From positions 21,124 to 85,123 of the forward strand of contig BEHD01000009.1 of assembly GCA_002898355.1 (NCBI GenBank): a stretch of DNA of 64,000 bases, given 5' to 3'. Both the position numbers and the translations under genes were made by a program. Shown here one piece after another: positions 1-9,001 of this stretch; the first letter of the stretch is position 1, and the number at the start of each line of letters is the position of its first letter. The notes under the pieces are model-generated. The model saw nothing but the letters and a program-made list of their open reading frames with translations. It did no database searches and had not been told where the DNA came from. The stretch is from an archaeon HR01. GTDB lineage: Archaea; Thermoproteota; Nitrososphaeria_A; Caldarchaeales; Caldarchaeaceae.

Positions 1-820
1 ATAGTGGGCCGCCTACTGAGACGCCTGCCTGCTCCGCCACAGACCTGAGTATCTGGGGGTTGATGGTTGTCTCTATGAAGACAGAGGGCACACCCTCCCG
101 TCTAATCATCTCTATCAGGCCTGAGACTAGTGTCGCAGATGGCTCTTCATCGGTTGTTATACCCCAAACGGTTCCGATGATTTTGAATCCGTATCTGTCT
201 CCGAAGTATCTGAAGGCGTCGTGGGATGTGATGAGCTTTCTATTCTGTGGCGGTATGGTTTCGAGAGTTGTCTTAATCCAGCTGTCCAGCTCCTCCAGCT
301 CTGCTATGTATCTGGCGGCGTTGCTTTGGTAGTATCCACGGTTTTCCGGGTCGAGCGTGGATAGGGCGTCGGCTATGCGGCCTGCCCACTGGATTACGTA
401 TGTGGGGTCCATCCAGACGTGTGGGTCGGGCTCTCCAGTCCTCTCGTCAACCCTGAAGCGGAGGCCGTCAGACAGTCTGACCAGCGGGCTGCCCTGCCTC
501 AGGTTCTCCACTAGCCGTGTAAGCCAGTGCTCCAGCCCGAGCCCGACATAGAAGACTATGTCAGCCTTCTCCACCAGCTCGGCATCGCTGGGTGTTGGCT
601 GGAAGATGTGGGGGTCTCCACCCAGCGGCACTATACTGTAGACATCAACCCTGTCACCGCCCACATTCTTGACAACATCGGCCACTATCGTTATGGTGCA
701 CACAGCGGATATCCTGCCTTCAGAGCCTCGGCCTCCAGCCGGCCCTATGTTGACTGGGATTAGCAGGGCTGCGGCTGTTATGGAGAGTATGATGGGGATG
801 AGGATTTTACTTCTCAACAA
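1..820 (-). CDS. Metal (Zn/Mn-type) ABC transporter substrate-binding protein, ZnuA/TroA-like; 3' end runs off the window
   Basis: Not in the ORF track because it has no stop inside the window. My reverse-strand translation reads KILIPIILSITAAALLIPVNIGPAGG..VCTITIVADVVKNVGGDRVDVYSIVPLGGDPHIFQPTPSDAELVEKADIVFYVGLGLEHW..PDPHVWMDP..ITSHDAFRYFGDRYGF. This is a signal/anchor peptide followed by the TroA/ZnuA family pattern. TTG starts at 820/817 overlap the stop of the upstream ATPase gene. Confidence 0.7.
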   Translation of the reverse strand, partial: MLRSKILIPIILSITAAALLIPVNIGPAGGRGSEGRISAVCTITIVADVVKNVGGDRVDVYSIVPLGGDPHIFQPTPSDAELVEKADIVFYVGLGLEHWLTRLVENLRQGSPLVRLSDGLRFRVDERTGEPDPHVWMDPTYVIQWAGRIADALSTLDPENRGYYQSNAARYIAELEELDSWIKTTLETIPPQNRKLITSHDAFRYFGDRYGFKIIGTVWGITTDEEPSATLVSGLIEMIRREGVPSVFIETTINPQILRSVAEQAGVSVGGPL

Positions 821-1610
821 GCATGCCCTTGATGTCTGCTACGTGGAGTGCGGTGGGGCTTCCACCGTAGGTTTTGAGGAGTAGCTCCTCTGTGAGGACT
901 GCGGAGGGCGGCCCCCACGCAACCAGACGGCGGTTGAGCAGGACTATCTTATCCAGCTCCTTGAAGTATGTGCTCAGGTGGTGGGTGGACATCACGACTG
1001 TCTTCCCCCTCCTCCGCTCACGCTCGAGAACCTCAATCACCACATCCTCGGTCACGACATCCAAGCCTGTCAGCGGCTCATCTAGGAGGTATATCTCGGG
1101 GTTCTGGGCTAGCATGCGGGCCAGGAAGACACGTTGCTGCTGTCCTCCGGAGAGGTCCCGTATCCTCCTATCCGCAAAATCGCTCATCCCCACAGTCTCC
1201 AACGCTTTGCCGGCGTATTCCAAGTCCTCCCCCCTATATCTCTTGAGCCCTCTGAGGTATGGGTATCTCCCCATGAGTACTACATCCAGCACTGTGACGG
1301 GGTAGTCCCAATCCACTTCACCACGTTGAGGGATGTAGGCTATCTTCCGCTTCACATCTACGTTGTTGGATGGGTTCTGGCCTAGGACCCGGACCCTGCC
1401 CCTGAGGGGGTTGAGGAGGCCGTTTACGAGCTTGAGAACGGTTGACTTGCCTGCTCCGTTGGGGCCTATCAGGACTGCGAACTCGCCCCTCTCTATCGTG
1501 AAGGAGATATCCTCTACAGCCGTGTTCTCCGCTGTATCGTAGGTGTAGGAGACGCCGTGTAGCTCTATCACATGTGTTTTGATGGATTCCTCTAGGCGGG
1601 TTGTTAGCAT
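807..1610 (-). CDS. Metal ABC transporter ATP-binding protein (ZnuC/MntB-like)
   Basis: ORF track 267 aa. Walker A GPNGAGKST, signature LSGGQQQR, Walker B IYLLDEP. Operon partner of the ZnuA-like gene downstream. Confidence 0.85.
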   Translation of the reverse strand: MLTTRLEESIKTHVIELHGVSYTYDTAENTAVEDISFTIERGEFAVLIGPNGAGKSTVLKLVNGLLNPLRGRVRVLGQNPSNNVDVKRKIAYIPQRGEVDWDYPVTVLDVVLMGRYPYLRGLKRYRGEDLEYAGKALETVGMSDFADRRIRDLSGGQQQRVFLARMLAQNPEIYLLDEPLTGLDVVTEDVVIEVLERERRRGKTVVMSTHHLSTYFKELDKIVLLNRRLVAWGPPSAVLTEELLLKTYGGSPTALHVADIKGMLVEK

Positions 1611-1622
1611 GGTTCTAATGGG

Positions 1623-1657
1623 ATTTAGATTGGGCTAAAATTTAGCCTTATCTAAAT
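1623..1657. promoter_or_regulatory. 35-nt near-perfect palindrome (candidate metal-repressor operator) upstream of the metal ABC operon
   Basis: ATTTAGATTGGGCTAAA-A-TTTAGCCTTATCTAAAT. The half-sites match 15/17 as reverse complements. It lies 13-47 nt upstream of the ATPase start at 1610, where a TATA/BRE would sit. Confidence 0.4.
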
Positions 1658-1676
1658 TTACCGGCCAACGTAATAC

Positions 1677-2027
1677 CTAAACCCGTCTAGCCATCAGCCA
1701 GGCACCCACGTAGGAGCCGGCGGTCAGAAAGCCGAAAACCCAGTGCAGCCCCTCCGACAACGGCCCAGGACTACCTCTAAAAAGCATATCCAAGCCCACG
1801 GCACCCTGGATAAGAAGCAGCACCACAGTGATGACGGTATGCCGCATCACACGCCGTATCCCACGTACAGTGAGAAGCGCAGCCAGCAGCAATCCCAGCA
1901 GGATTACAGCCAGAGCCACATGAACAGCCACGAAGACGGGGCCTACAAGCCTGTTAGCGGCGCCGAGCAATACCTGTAGGACCGCAAGAACAGAACCCAC
2001 ACCCAGTAAAAGCTTTGCACCGGGCAT
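1677..2027 (-). CDS. Small integral membrane protein, function unknown
   Basis: ORF track 116 aa, about four hydrophobic segments. The antisense ORF (1743..1979) looks like a compositional shadow. Confidence 0.5.
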   Translation of the reverse strand: MPGAKLLLGVGSVLAVLQVLLGAANRLVGPVFVAVHVALAVILLGLLLAALLTVRGIRRVMRHTVITVVLLLIQGAVGLDMLFRGSPGPLSEGLHWVFGFLTAGSYVGAWLMARRV

Positions 2028-2157
2028 ATCATAAGCAACAAAACCGCCATAACTTAATTCTTACTGTATATCCAACTATTTAATAGAGGGGTAATACCTT
2101 CTCTGGGGCGGGTAGAACATCTGTTCTAATCCCTAGAAATAAGCGTGGCCCTATGGC

Positions 2158-4056
2158 TTGATTTCCATGTTGGATGGTGGCGTGAGAAGAGTGGCTGTGC
2201 CAGCCATACTCGCAGTCTTTATCGTGGTTATGGTTTTCTCGATGTGGGGGCTGCAGGGCCTGTGGTCCGACAGCGGCCAGATAAGGACAGCCCAGATAAA
2301 GAAGTTCACATCCGTCCAAGAGCTGAGGGCATATCTTATGGAGGCCCAGAAACACTCGCCGCCCCATTATGGGGGTTTCCAGCCGCCGGCCAGGTTAAAC
2401 CAGATGGGTATAGCGGTTACACAGACGGTTACACAGGCCCTGGCGGAGCAGGGGGGATATAGGTTCTCAGAGACCAACGTCCAAGTATCAGGTGTGGATG
2501 AGGAGGACATCGTCAAGACAGACGGCAAATACATCTACATAGCCCAGGGCTCCAGAATATTCATAGTTAGAGCCTACCCACCATCCATAGCCGGCCTCCA
2601 GGCAGTAGTCAACATATCTGAAGCCGTAACCGGACTATACGTAAACGGTGACAGCCTTGTAGCGGTGTCTGGAGGAGGGTTTTACGGTGTTCCACTGATA
2701 GAGTGTTTAGACTGCATCGGCCGGCCGGTGGTGTCGGGCAACACAACCATACAGGTCTTCGACATCTCTGATAGGAGTAGGCCTGTGGAGGTGAGGAGAG
2801 CCAGTGTCACAGGCTGGCCCATAGCCTCTAGAATGATAGGCGACTATGTCTACCTCATTACATCCGAGATGGTCTTCATAACCTCCGAGAACGTTTCGCT
2901 GCCTGGATACTCTGTGGATGGTGTAGGCTACGTGGTTGAGCCAACGATGATATACTACGCCAACATACCCGACCAAGCCTACACATACACCAACATACTA
3001 TCCGTTAACGTGAAAAACCATGCGGAGGAGAGCAGGGTGACCACAGTCATGACACCGGCCTCCGGAACAGTCTATGTCTCACACGATAACATCTACATAA
3101 CAGCACCCCGATGGGTAGAGGGCGCCGACACCACAGCCATACACAGACTTGCCGTTGATGGCCCGGAGGTGCGGCCTGAGGCGGCCGGTGAGGTGCCTGG
3201 ATACCTACTCAACCAATTCAGCTTGGACGAGTACATGGGTTATCTACGGGTTGCCACTACCTCTCCAGCCGGGAGTGGGGGGACGGTAAACAGCCTCTAC
3301 ATCCTAGACATGGATTTGAAGATAGTGGGCAGGGTTGAGGGGCTTGCACCCGGTGAGGAGATATACTCGGTCCGCTTCATGGGTGGGAAAGCGTTTCTCG
3401 TAACCTTCAGGAAGGTGGACCCGCTCTTCGTCGTGGACCTTGAGAACCCGAGAGAGCCACGTGTGCTGGGAAAGCTGAAGATACCGGGCTACTCCAGCTA
3501 CCTCCACCCATACGATGACAGACACCTCATAGGATTGGGGAAGGATGCGAAACCTGCCGAGACAGGAGACTTCGCATGGTTTCAGGGACTGAAGATATCC
3601 ATCTTCGACGTCTCCGACTATACAGACCCTAAGGAGCTGGACACAATAATTCTAGGGGACAGAGGCACCGACTCCGAGGCCCTATACAACCATAGAGCCT
3701 TCCTCTTCGACCGTGAGAGAAACCTTATGGTGATACCGGTTTTACTGGCTTTGATAGATTCATCCGACTACGGCGGCGGGGTGGAGCCCAACACCTTCGG
3801 CGAGTTTGTCTTCCAAGGAGCCTACATCTTCAAGATATCACCCGAAGAAGGCGTCAAGATACTAGGCCGGATCACCCACCTACCAGACGGTGAAGACCTC
3901 CTTAAAAGCGGCGACTTCTTCGCATCACGCTACATGGTGAGGAGAAGCCTCTACATAGACGAAGTCCTCTACACCATCTCCGAGGGAAAAATCATGGCCA
4001 ACAACATCGAGACACTGGAGAAGCTGGCCGAGATAAACCTACCCACCTCACCATAA
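2158..4056 (+). CDS. Secreted/anchored beta-propeller domain protein (Beta_propel, PF09826-like)
   Basis: ORF track 632 aa. N-terminal anchor VAVPAILAVFIVVMVF. The C-terminal block LNQFSLDEYMGYLRVATT..VRFMGGKAFLVTFRKVDPLFVVDLENPREPRVLGKLKIPGYSSYLHPYDD matches my memory of the family signature. The start may be ATG 2167 rather than TTG 2158. Confidence 0.75.
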   Translation: MISMLDGGVRRVAVPAILAVFIVVMVFSMWGLQGLWSDSGQIRTAQIKKFTSVQELRAYLMEAQKHSPPHYGGFQPPARLNQMGIAVTQTVTQALAEQGGYRFSETNVQVSGVDEEDIVKTDGKYIYIAQGSRIFIVRAYPPSIAGLQAVVNISEAVTGLYVNGDSLVAVSGGGFYGVPLIECLDCIGRPVVSGNTTIQVFDISDRSRPVEVRRASVTGWPIASRMIGDYVYLITSEMVFITSENVSLPGYSVDGVGYVVEPTMIYYANIPDQAYTYTNILSVNVKNHAEESRVTTVMTPASGTVYVSHDNIYITAPRWVEGADTTAIHRLAVDGPEVRPEAAGEVPGYLLNQFSLDEYMGYLRVATTSPAGSGGTVNSLYILDMDLKIVGRVEGLAPGEEIYSVRFMGGKAFLVTFRKVDPLFVVDLENPREPRVLGKLKIPGYSSYLHPYDDRHLIGLGKDAKPAETGDFAWFQGLKISIFDVSDYTDPKELDTIILGDRGTDSEALYNHRAFLFDRERNLMVIPVLLALIDSSDYGGGVEPNTFGEFVFQGAYIFKISPEEGVKILGRITHLPDGEDLLKSGDFFASRYMVRRSLYIDEVLYTISEGKIMANNIETLEKLAEINLPTSP

Positions 4057-4383
4057 AAATCCGGCCATAATCTTAGATGAACGAAAAAACCAAGTTGGCT
4101 CAGACATTCGCTGGGATGTGTTAGTTAGCGATAGTGGGGAGGGGTTTAAGGTAGACCCCCTAGACGCATACACCGCTATTATCTCTCCCGAATCCATGTC
4201 TATAGCCGACCACACATACGATATATAACCACCAGTCTCATCCACAGCAATAATCCTCCTGAACTTCCTAGATAGCCTATGAACCCAACCCCTAGATACC
4301 CGCTCCACAACATAATAACAGAAAAAGGACAAGCAAGGCCATAGGCCATGCTCAGAAAAGCTTAAGTTGACAGTACCGCTCAA
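4048..4383 (-). pseudogene. Decayed DDE transposase fragment (IS6-like archaeal type)
   Basis: The 111-aa ORF contains WVHRLSRKFRRIIAVDET..YVWSAIDMDSGEIIAVYASRG, the first-Asp region of IS6-type transposases. It has an internal deletion after DET and no downstream D/E region. No terminal inverted repeats were seen. Confidence 0.45.
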
Positions 4384-4420
4384 GCGTAAAGCTTATCTGT
4401 GGGCTGACCGTTGGAAGATT

Positions 4421-5227
4421 ATGAAAGAACTGTTTAAGATGTGGTCCCACACACAGATGATAACAGCTTTCATCGTATCAGCAGGGTTGTACGCTGCGCT
4501 TCTCTTTGTCTTCGCAGCCCTTCCTATATGGCTCATCCCCGGGGTGACGGCCATACGCCCGGGAAACGCCATCCCGCCTTTCACAAGTCTGCTGTTCGGG
4601 CCCGCTGCCGCATGGGGCTCGGCTGTGGGAAACCTGATAGGGTTCGACATCCTCGGCGGAGCTTTGACGATAGGCAGCATCGGGGGATTCATCGGAAACT
4701 TTTTCCTAGGACTCGTTCCCTACAAGATGTGGCACAGGCTTTTCAAGGAGGAGCCTCACTGCAGAAGCGGCTCCAGCCTATTAAAATACGAGTTCGTGGT
4801 TCTTACACACTCCGGCGTCGTTGCCCTAATAATTCCCTACTGGACAGAGCTGGTCGGGTTTGTTCCCTTCACACCTCTAGCCTTCATCATCTTCTTCAAC
4901 GAACTGATTTCAGCCGCCATCATAGCACCCATCCTCATGGCTCTTGTCTATCCCCGCGCTAAGAAGGCAGGCTGGCTCTGGACCGATGTCATGAAAGGAT
5001 ACCAATACACACCGACGGAGGTGAAATCTCATCACAGGCTCGGCGGGGCGCTGGTTTTCTTCAGCGGAGTGGTAGGGCTTTGGATAACCATCCTCGTCGG
5101 CCTCGGACTCGGCCAAGGACTGTTCTTCGGGCCGGGCGTCGGGTTCGCTGGAGGCTCTCTGCTGGCTGTCGGCGGGGTATTCATCCTCATATTCGCTGTT
5201 GGGATGGCTCTTCTGGCTAAAGACTAA
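4421..5227 (+). CDS. ECF transporter S (substrate-capture) component-like membrane protein
   Basis: ORF track 4367..5227; ATG at 4421 preferred. Polytopic, with IRPGNAIPPFTSLLFGPAAAWGSAVGNLIGFDILGG resembling QueT/ECF-S proteins. Sits directly upstream of the EcfA-A and EcfT genes. Confidence 0.55.
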   Translation: MKELFKMWSHTQMITAFIVSAGLYAALLFVFAALPIWLIPGVTAIRPGNAIPPFTSLLFGPAAAWGSAVGNLIGFDILGGALTIGSIGGFIGNFFLGLVPYKMWHRLFKEEPHCRSGSSLLKYEFVVLTHSGVVALIIPYWTELVGFVPFTPLAFIIFFNELISAAIIAPILMALVYPRAKKAGWLWTDVMKGYQYTPTEVKSHHRLGGALVFFSGVVGLWITILVGLGLGQGLFFGPGVGFAGGSLLAVGGVFILIFAVGMALLAKD

Positions 5228-5240
5228 ACCCCTTTTTTAT

Positions 5241-6926
5241 ATGGCGCTTGTAGAAGTTAAGGATGTTTGGGTCAAGTACAGAGGTGCACGAGACTATTCC
5301 CTGAAAGGCGTAACCCTAAGCATCTCCGAAGGCGTCGTCGCTGTGATAGGCCCGACCAACGCCGGAAAGACAACGCTCTGCAAAACCATAGCTGGAATAA
5401 TTCCCAACGTGGGTGCCTACGACGATTTCAGGGGCGAAGTCTTGGTGGACGGCGTCTCCACCAAAGGGCGGAAAGTTGGAGAAATAAGCAGGAAATGCGC
5501 GATGGTTTTTCAGGACTATGAATCCCAGCTCTTCAGAACAACGGTGGAGCTGGAGGTTGCCTTTGGACCGGAAAACCTGATGCTTCCCCTCGAGGACATA
5601 CGTGAGCGGGTGAGGGATGCTATCAAGGCGGTTGGCCTCGAAAACTTGGAGAAAAGATACAGTTTTGCGCTGAGCGGGGGCCAGAAGCAAAGGCTAGCCA
5701 TCGCGTCTCTGCTCTCCCTACAGCCAAGCCTACTCATCCTTGACGAGGCTACAAGCGACTTGGACCCTGTTGGAAAACGGGCGATATACGAAGTTGCTAA
5801 AAACTTGATGGAGCAAAAAGTCATTAAGTCTCTTGTTCTAGTCGACCACCATCTCGAGAAGGTCGCGGCCTTCGCCGACAGAGTAATTGTGATGAAGGAT
5901 GGAAATGTGATTATGGATGGGCCAGCCAGCCATGTTTTAAGCGAGGTCGAGATGCTCATCCAGCTCGGCCTACATCCTCCCGACACAGCTGCCATTTACA
6001 GCCGAATCCAGCCTAACAGCAAACCATACCCGATGAGTTTAGAAGATGCTTTAAGAAAAATGCCCAAAGTCTCCAAAGCTCGTCCTCCTCCCGCGCCGAA
6101 ATACAACGAGGATGAGCCAGCGGTAGAAGTTGAAGACCTTTGGTTCGGTTACCAGAAGGGAGAGTGGGTTATAAAGGGAGTGAACCTTGTGGTAAGGAAG
6201 GGCGAGTTATTGGGTTTGATAGGGCAGAACGGCAGCGGCAAAACAACTCTCGCACAGCTGGTGGCCGGAATTCTAAAACCCATCCGTGGAAAAATAGTTG
6301 TCTTCGGCAGAGACATGACCAGCTACGGTGTGATGATTAGGGGCAGGGACATCGGCTACATCTTCCAAAACCCCGACTACCAAATATTCTCCAACACCGT
6401 CAGGGAGGAAATAGCCTATGGCCTGAGAGCCCGAGGTTTGCCGGAGCCTGAGGTTGAGGCACGTGTCATGGAGGTTTCCAACATGATAGGTGTATCCAAC
6501 ATTCTTGACGAGGACCCGTTTTTCCTAACCAAGGCCGACAGACAACGCGTGGCCGTCGCCTCCATCCTCGCCCTAAACCCGCGCATAATAATACTGGACG
6601 AGCCTACCACCGGGCTTTCACCCGGCGAGACAACAGCTCTCATGGACACAGTCCTAAAGCTAAACCTACAGGGCACAACCATCATAACCATCACCCACGA
6701 CATGTGGGTTGTCGCAAAATACTGCAACAGGGTTGTGCTGATGACCGACGGGAAAATCGTTGCCGACGGCCCCACGAGAAATATTTTCTCGGAGATAGAT
6801 TTTCTCGCAAAATACGACATAGAGCCGCCGACCGTGGTCAGTCTATCGAAGAAACTGCTGAACCAGACATATTTAACCGTCGACGAGTTCCTCGACCTCG
6901 TCTCATTCAACAACGAGACCGGGTGA
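5241..6926 (+). CDS. ECF transporter fused double ATPase (EcfA1-EcfA2 type)
   Basis: ORF track 5199..6926; ATG at 5241 gives MALVEVKDVWVKY. Two ABC cassettes: GPTNAGKTT/LSGGQKQR/LILDEATSDLD and GQNGSGKTT/ADRQRVAVA/IILDEPTTGL. Confidence 0.85.
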   Translation: MALVEVKDVWVKYRGARDYSLKGVTLSISEGVVAVIGPTNAGKTTLCKTIAGIIPNVGAYDDFRGEVLVDGVSTKGRKVGEISRKCAMVFQDYESQLFRTTVELEVAFGPENLMLPLEDIRERVRDAIKAVGLENLEKRYSFALSGGQKQRLAIASLLSLQPSLLILDEATSDLDPVGKRAIYEVAKNLMEQKVIKSLVLVDHHLEKVAAFADRVIVMKDGNVIMDGPASHVLSEVEMLIQLGLHPPDTAAIYSRIQPNSKPYPMSLEDALRKMPKVSKARPPPAPKYNEDEPAVEVEDLWFGYQKGEWVIKGVNLVVRKGELLGLIGQNGSGKTTLAQLVAGILKPIRGKIVVFGRDMTSYGVMIRGRDIGYIFQNPDYQIFSNTVREEIAYGLRARGLPEPEVEARVMEVSNMIGVSNILDEDPFFLTKADRQRVAVASILALNPRIIILDEPTTGLSPGETTALMDTVLKLNLQGTTIITITHDMWVVAKYCNRVVLMTDGKIVADGPTRNIFSEIDFLAKYDIEPPTVVSLSKKLLNQTYLTVDEFLDLVSFNNETG

Positions 6927-6931
6927 AAAGC

Positions 6932-7729
6932 ATGCCGCAGTATGTTCTCTACGTGGAACGGAAAACGTTCATTCACCATCTCGACCCCAGGACGAAGATT
7001 TTTCTGGTCGTCTGCGTCTTTATCTGGTCCTCTGTATTCAACCATCCGCTGTACACAGGTTTTGTTTTTCTTGCGGTTCTTTCGCTCGTTTTGGTTTCTC
7101 GGACGTTTACCCAGCTCAAGCTTTTCTGGTTCGGTTTGATTTCTCTGGCGCTGATGAGCATGATTCTATGGCCTCTTTTTAGACGAGGCGGCACAACACA
7201 TCTTGCTACCGTTTTTGGAATCTCTTTCACGGCGGAGTCGGTGATGTATGGTGTAGCTGTCGCCTTCAGGCTTGTAGCGATGGTTCTCTCGGGACTTCTC
7301 CTACTCACCACGACACGTATAGAGGAGATAGAGCTGGCTATGACGAGGCTTGGCCTCCCATACCCCATGGCCTTCGGCTTCTCAGCAGTTTTCAGGTTCA
7401 TCCCCACGATGGTCGGAGACGGATTAACAATACTGGCCGCCCAGCAGGCTCGAGGAGTCAACGTGGCTGGCGGAAACATATTCTCGAGACTCAGAAACTC
7501 AGCAGCCATCATAGTTCCACTATTCATAACAACTATGAGAAGGTTCGGCGACCTACCTATCGCGATAGAGTCGAGAGGATTCGTCCCCATGGAAAAGAGG
7601 TCCTACTATCTCTCGATAAAGATGAGGCCTATAGACTTCGTGACAGTGGCTGTCCTAGCTGTGCTCGCAGGCCTCTCGATATACCTCAGGCTCAACGGCT
7701 ACGGAGTCGTTTTCCCTGATGTGATATGA
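6932..7729 (+). CDS. ECF transporter transmembrane T component (EcfT/CbiQ family)
   Basis: ORF track 6704..7729. The first 76 codons overlap the ATPase gene and are Arg-rich junk. ATG 6932 gives MPQYVLYVERKTFIHHLDPRTKIF, a typical CbiQ N-terminus, and the ARG motif (AQQARG) is present. Confidence 0.8.
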   Translation: MPQYVLYVERKTFIHHLDPRTKIFLVVCVFIWSSVFNHPLYTGFVFLAVLSLVLVSRTFTQLKLFWFGLISLALMSMILWPLFRRGGTTHLATVFGISFTAESVMYGVAVAFRLVAMVLSGLLLLTTTRIEEIELAMTRLGLPYPMAFGFSAVFRFIPTMVGDGLTILAAQQARGVNVAGGNIFSRLRNSAAIIVPLFITTMRRFGDLPIAIESRGFVPMEKRSYYLSIKMRPIDFVTVAVLAVLAGLSIYLRLNGYGVVFPDVI

Positions 7730-8679
7730 AAGCCCTATACTTCGACGGTGAAAGACTGCGGCTAACCCAAGACCATGCGCTGTCGAGGGCCGAGGAAGCG
7801 GTAATCCGTGTAATCTACGCCGGTATATGCGGAACTGACTTGGAGATACTGAGGGGTTACGCCGGCTTCAGAGGTGTTCCGGGACATGAGTTCGTCGGCG
7901 TGGTCGAGAAATCCCGCGACAGCGAGCTTGTTGGAAGAACTGTTGTCGGTGAGATAAACGTTGGATGTGGAAGGTGCCGATACTGTTACGCCGGGCTTGA
8001 GAGACACTGCCCCGACAGAACTGTTCTAGGTATCAAGAACCGTGACGGAGCCTTCGCCGAGTACATCAACCTTCCCGAGAAGAATCTCCACCTTGTTCCC
8101 GAAAATGTTCCCGCGAAAGTGGCTGTCTTCGTCGAGCCCGTAGCGGCTGCCTACGAGATCTTGGAGCAGATACACGTGGACCCAAGTATGCGGGTGGCGG
8201 TTGTTGGTGACGGTCGGCTGGGAAATCTAACGGCGCAGCTCCTCTCAAAAATTGTGCATGACCTCTGCGTCTACGGAAAACATAGAAGAAAAATTGATGT
8301 TTTAAAGTCTCTGGGAATCAAGGCCATACATGTCGACGAACAGCGTGAACCCCATAGTTACGACATCGTTATAGAAGCGTCGGGAAGCTCCTCGGGCTTT
8401 ATACTGGCCTCGGAACTCGTCAAACCACGTGGGACGATTGTGCTGAAGACCACTATTGCCGGCGAGACGCCTCTCAACCTATCTCCATTGGTGGTGAACG
8501 AGGTTAGGGTTGTGGGCTCCAGATGCGGACCCTTCAAGCCCGCCATCAAAGCTCTAGCATCTGGCATGGTTCATGTTGGAAAACTGGTTGACGGCGTCTT
8601 CAGCCTCGACGAGCATGAGGAAGCTTTCGCCCTTGCGGCGGAAAAGAATACCTTGAAGGTTTTGTTAAGAACTATGTAG
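7726..8679 (+). CDS. Zn-dependent alcohol dehydrogenase family (MDR) oxidoreductase
   Basis: ORF track 317 aa. GICGTDLEILRGY, GHEFVG, structural-Zn Cys cluster GCGRCRYC, and GDGRLG Rossmann motif. ATGA overlap with ecfT. Confidence 0.8.
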   Translation: MKALYFDGERLRLTQDHALSRAEEAVIRVIYAGICGTDLEILRGYAGFRGVPGHEFVGVVEKSRDSELVGRTVVGEINVGCGRCRYCYAGLERHCPDRTVLGIKNRDGAFAEYINLPEKNLHLVPENVPAKVAVFVEPVAAAYEILEQIHVDPSMRVAVVGDGRLGNLTAQLLSKIVHDLCVYGKHRRKIDVLKSLGIKAIHVDEQREPHSYDIVIEASGSSSGFILASELVKPRGTIVLKTTIAGETPLNLSPLVVNEVRVVGSRCGPFKPAIKALASGMVHVGKLVDGVFSLDEHEEAFALAAEKNTLKVLLRTM

Positions 8680-8750
8680 GCATATCTACAGTATTTTTTA
8701 AACCTCCACGGGGTAGGTAAATATATTTGTCACATTCGAGAGTCTGGGGG

Positions 8751-8939
8751 ATGGCCTTGGAGAACGTTTTCGGAGTCTTGTTGAGGTTTTTCACAGGAAC
8801 CCAGCGGGGTTTCTTGGTGTTGATAGAGTTGGCTGCGGCGGTTTTCGCGGCCTTGTTTATTCTGAAAACTCGGCGGAGAAGCAGAATTGAGGAGCCGGAG
8901 GTTTTAGAGGCCGAGGAAACCACCCCACCCTGCGGCTAA
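8751..8939 (+). CDS. Possible small single-pass membrane protein (62 aa)
   Basis: ATG 8751 lies within ORF 8727..8939. AAATATATTT TATA-like box at about 8719-8728, roughly 25 nt upstream, which would suggest a leaderless mRNA. One hydrophobic helix followed by an RRRSR stop-transfer. Weak. Confidence 0.3.
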   Translation: MALENVFGVLLRFFTGTQRGFLVLIELAAAVFAALFILKTRRRSRIEEPEVLEAEETTPPCG

Positions 8940-9001
8940 AACTGTTTGCAACAGTAATAGAAATCTTATATGCTAGGGCTGCAATATAATATCCGACCGC
9001 T

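Noticed and set aside
6704-6931. Upstream extension of the EcfT ORF, and similar extensions at 5199-5240, 53862-53930, 21311-21520 and 44814-44876
   Set aside because: The extensions overlap the preceding gene or intergenic DNA, are compositionally odd (Arg/Cys-rich), and internal ATGs give canonical family N-termini.
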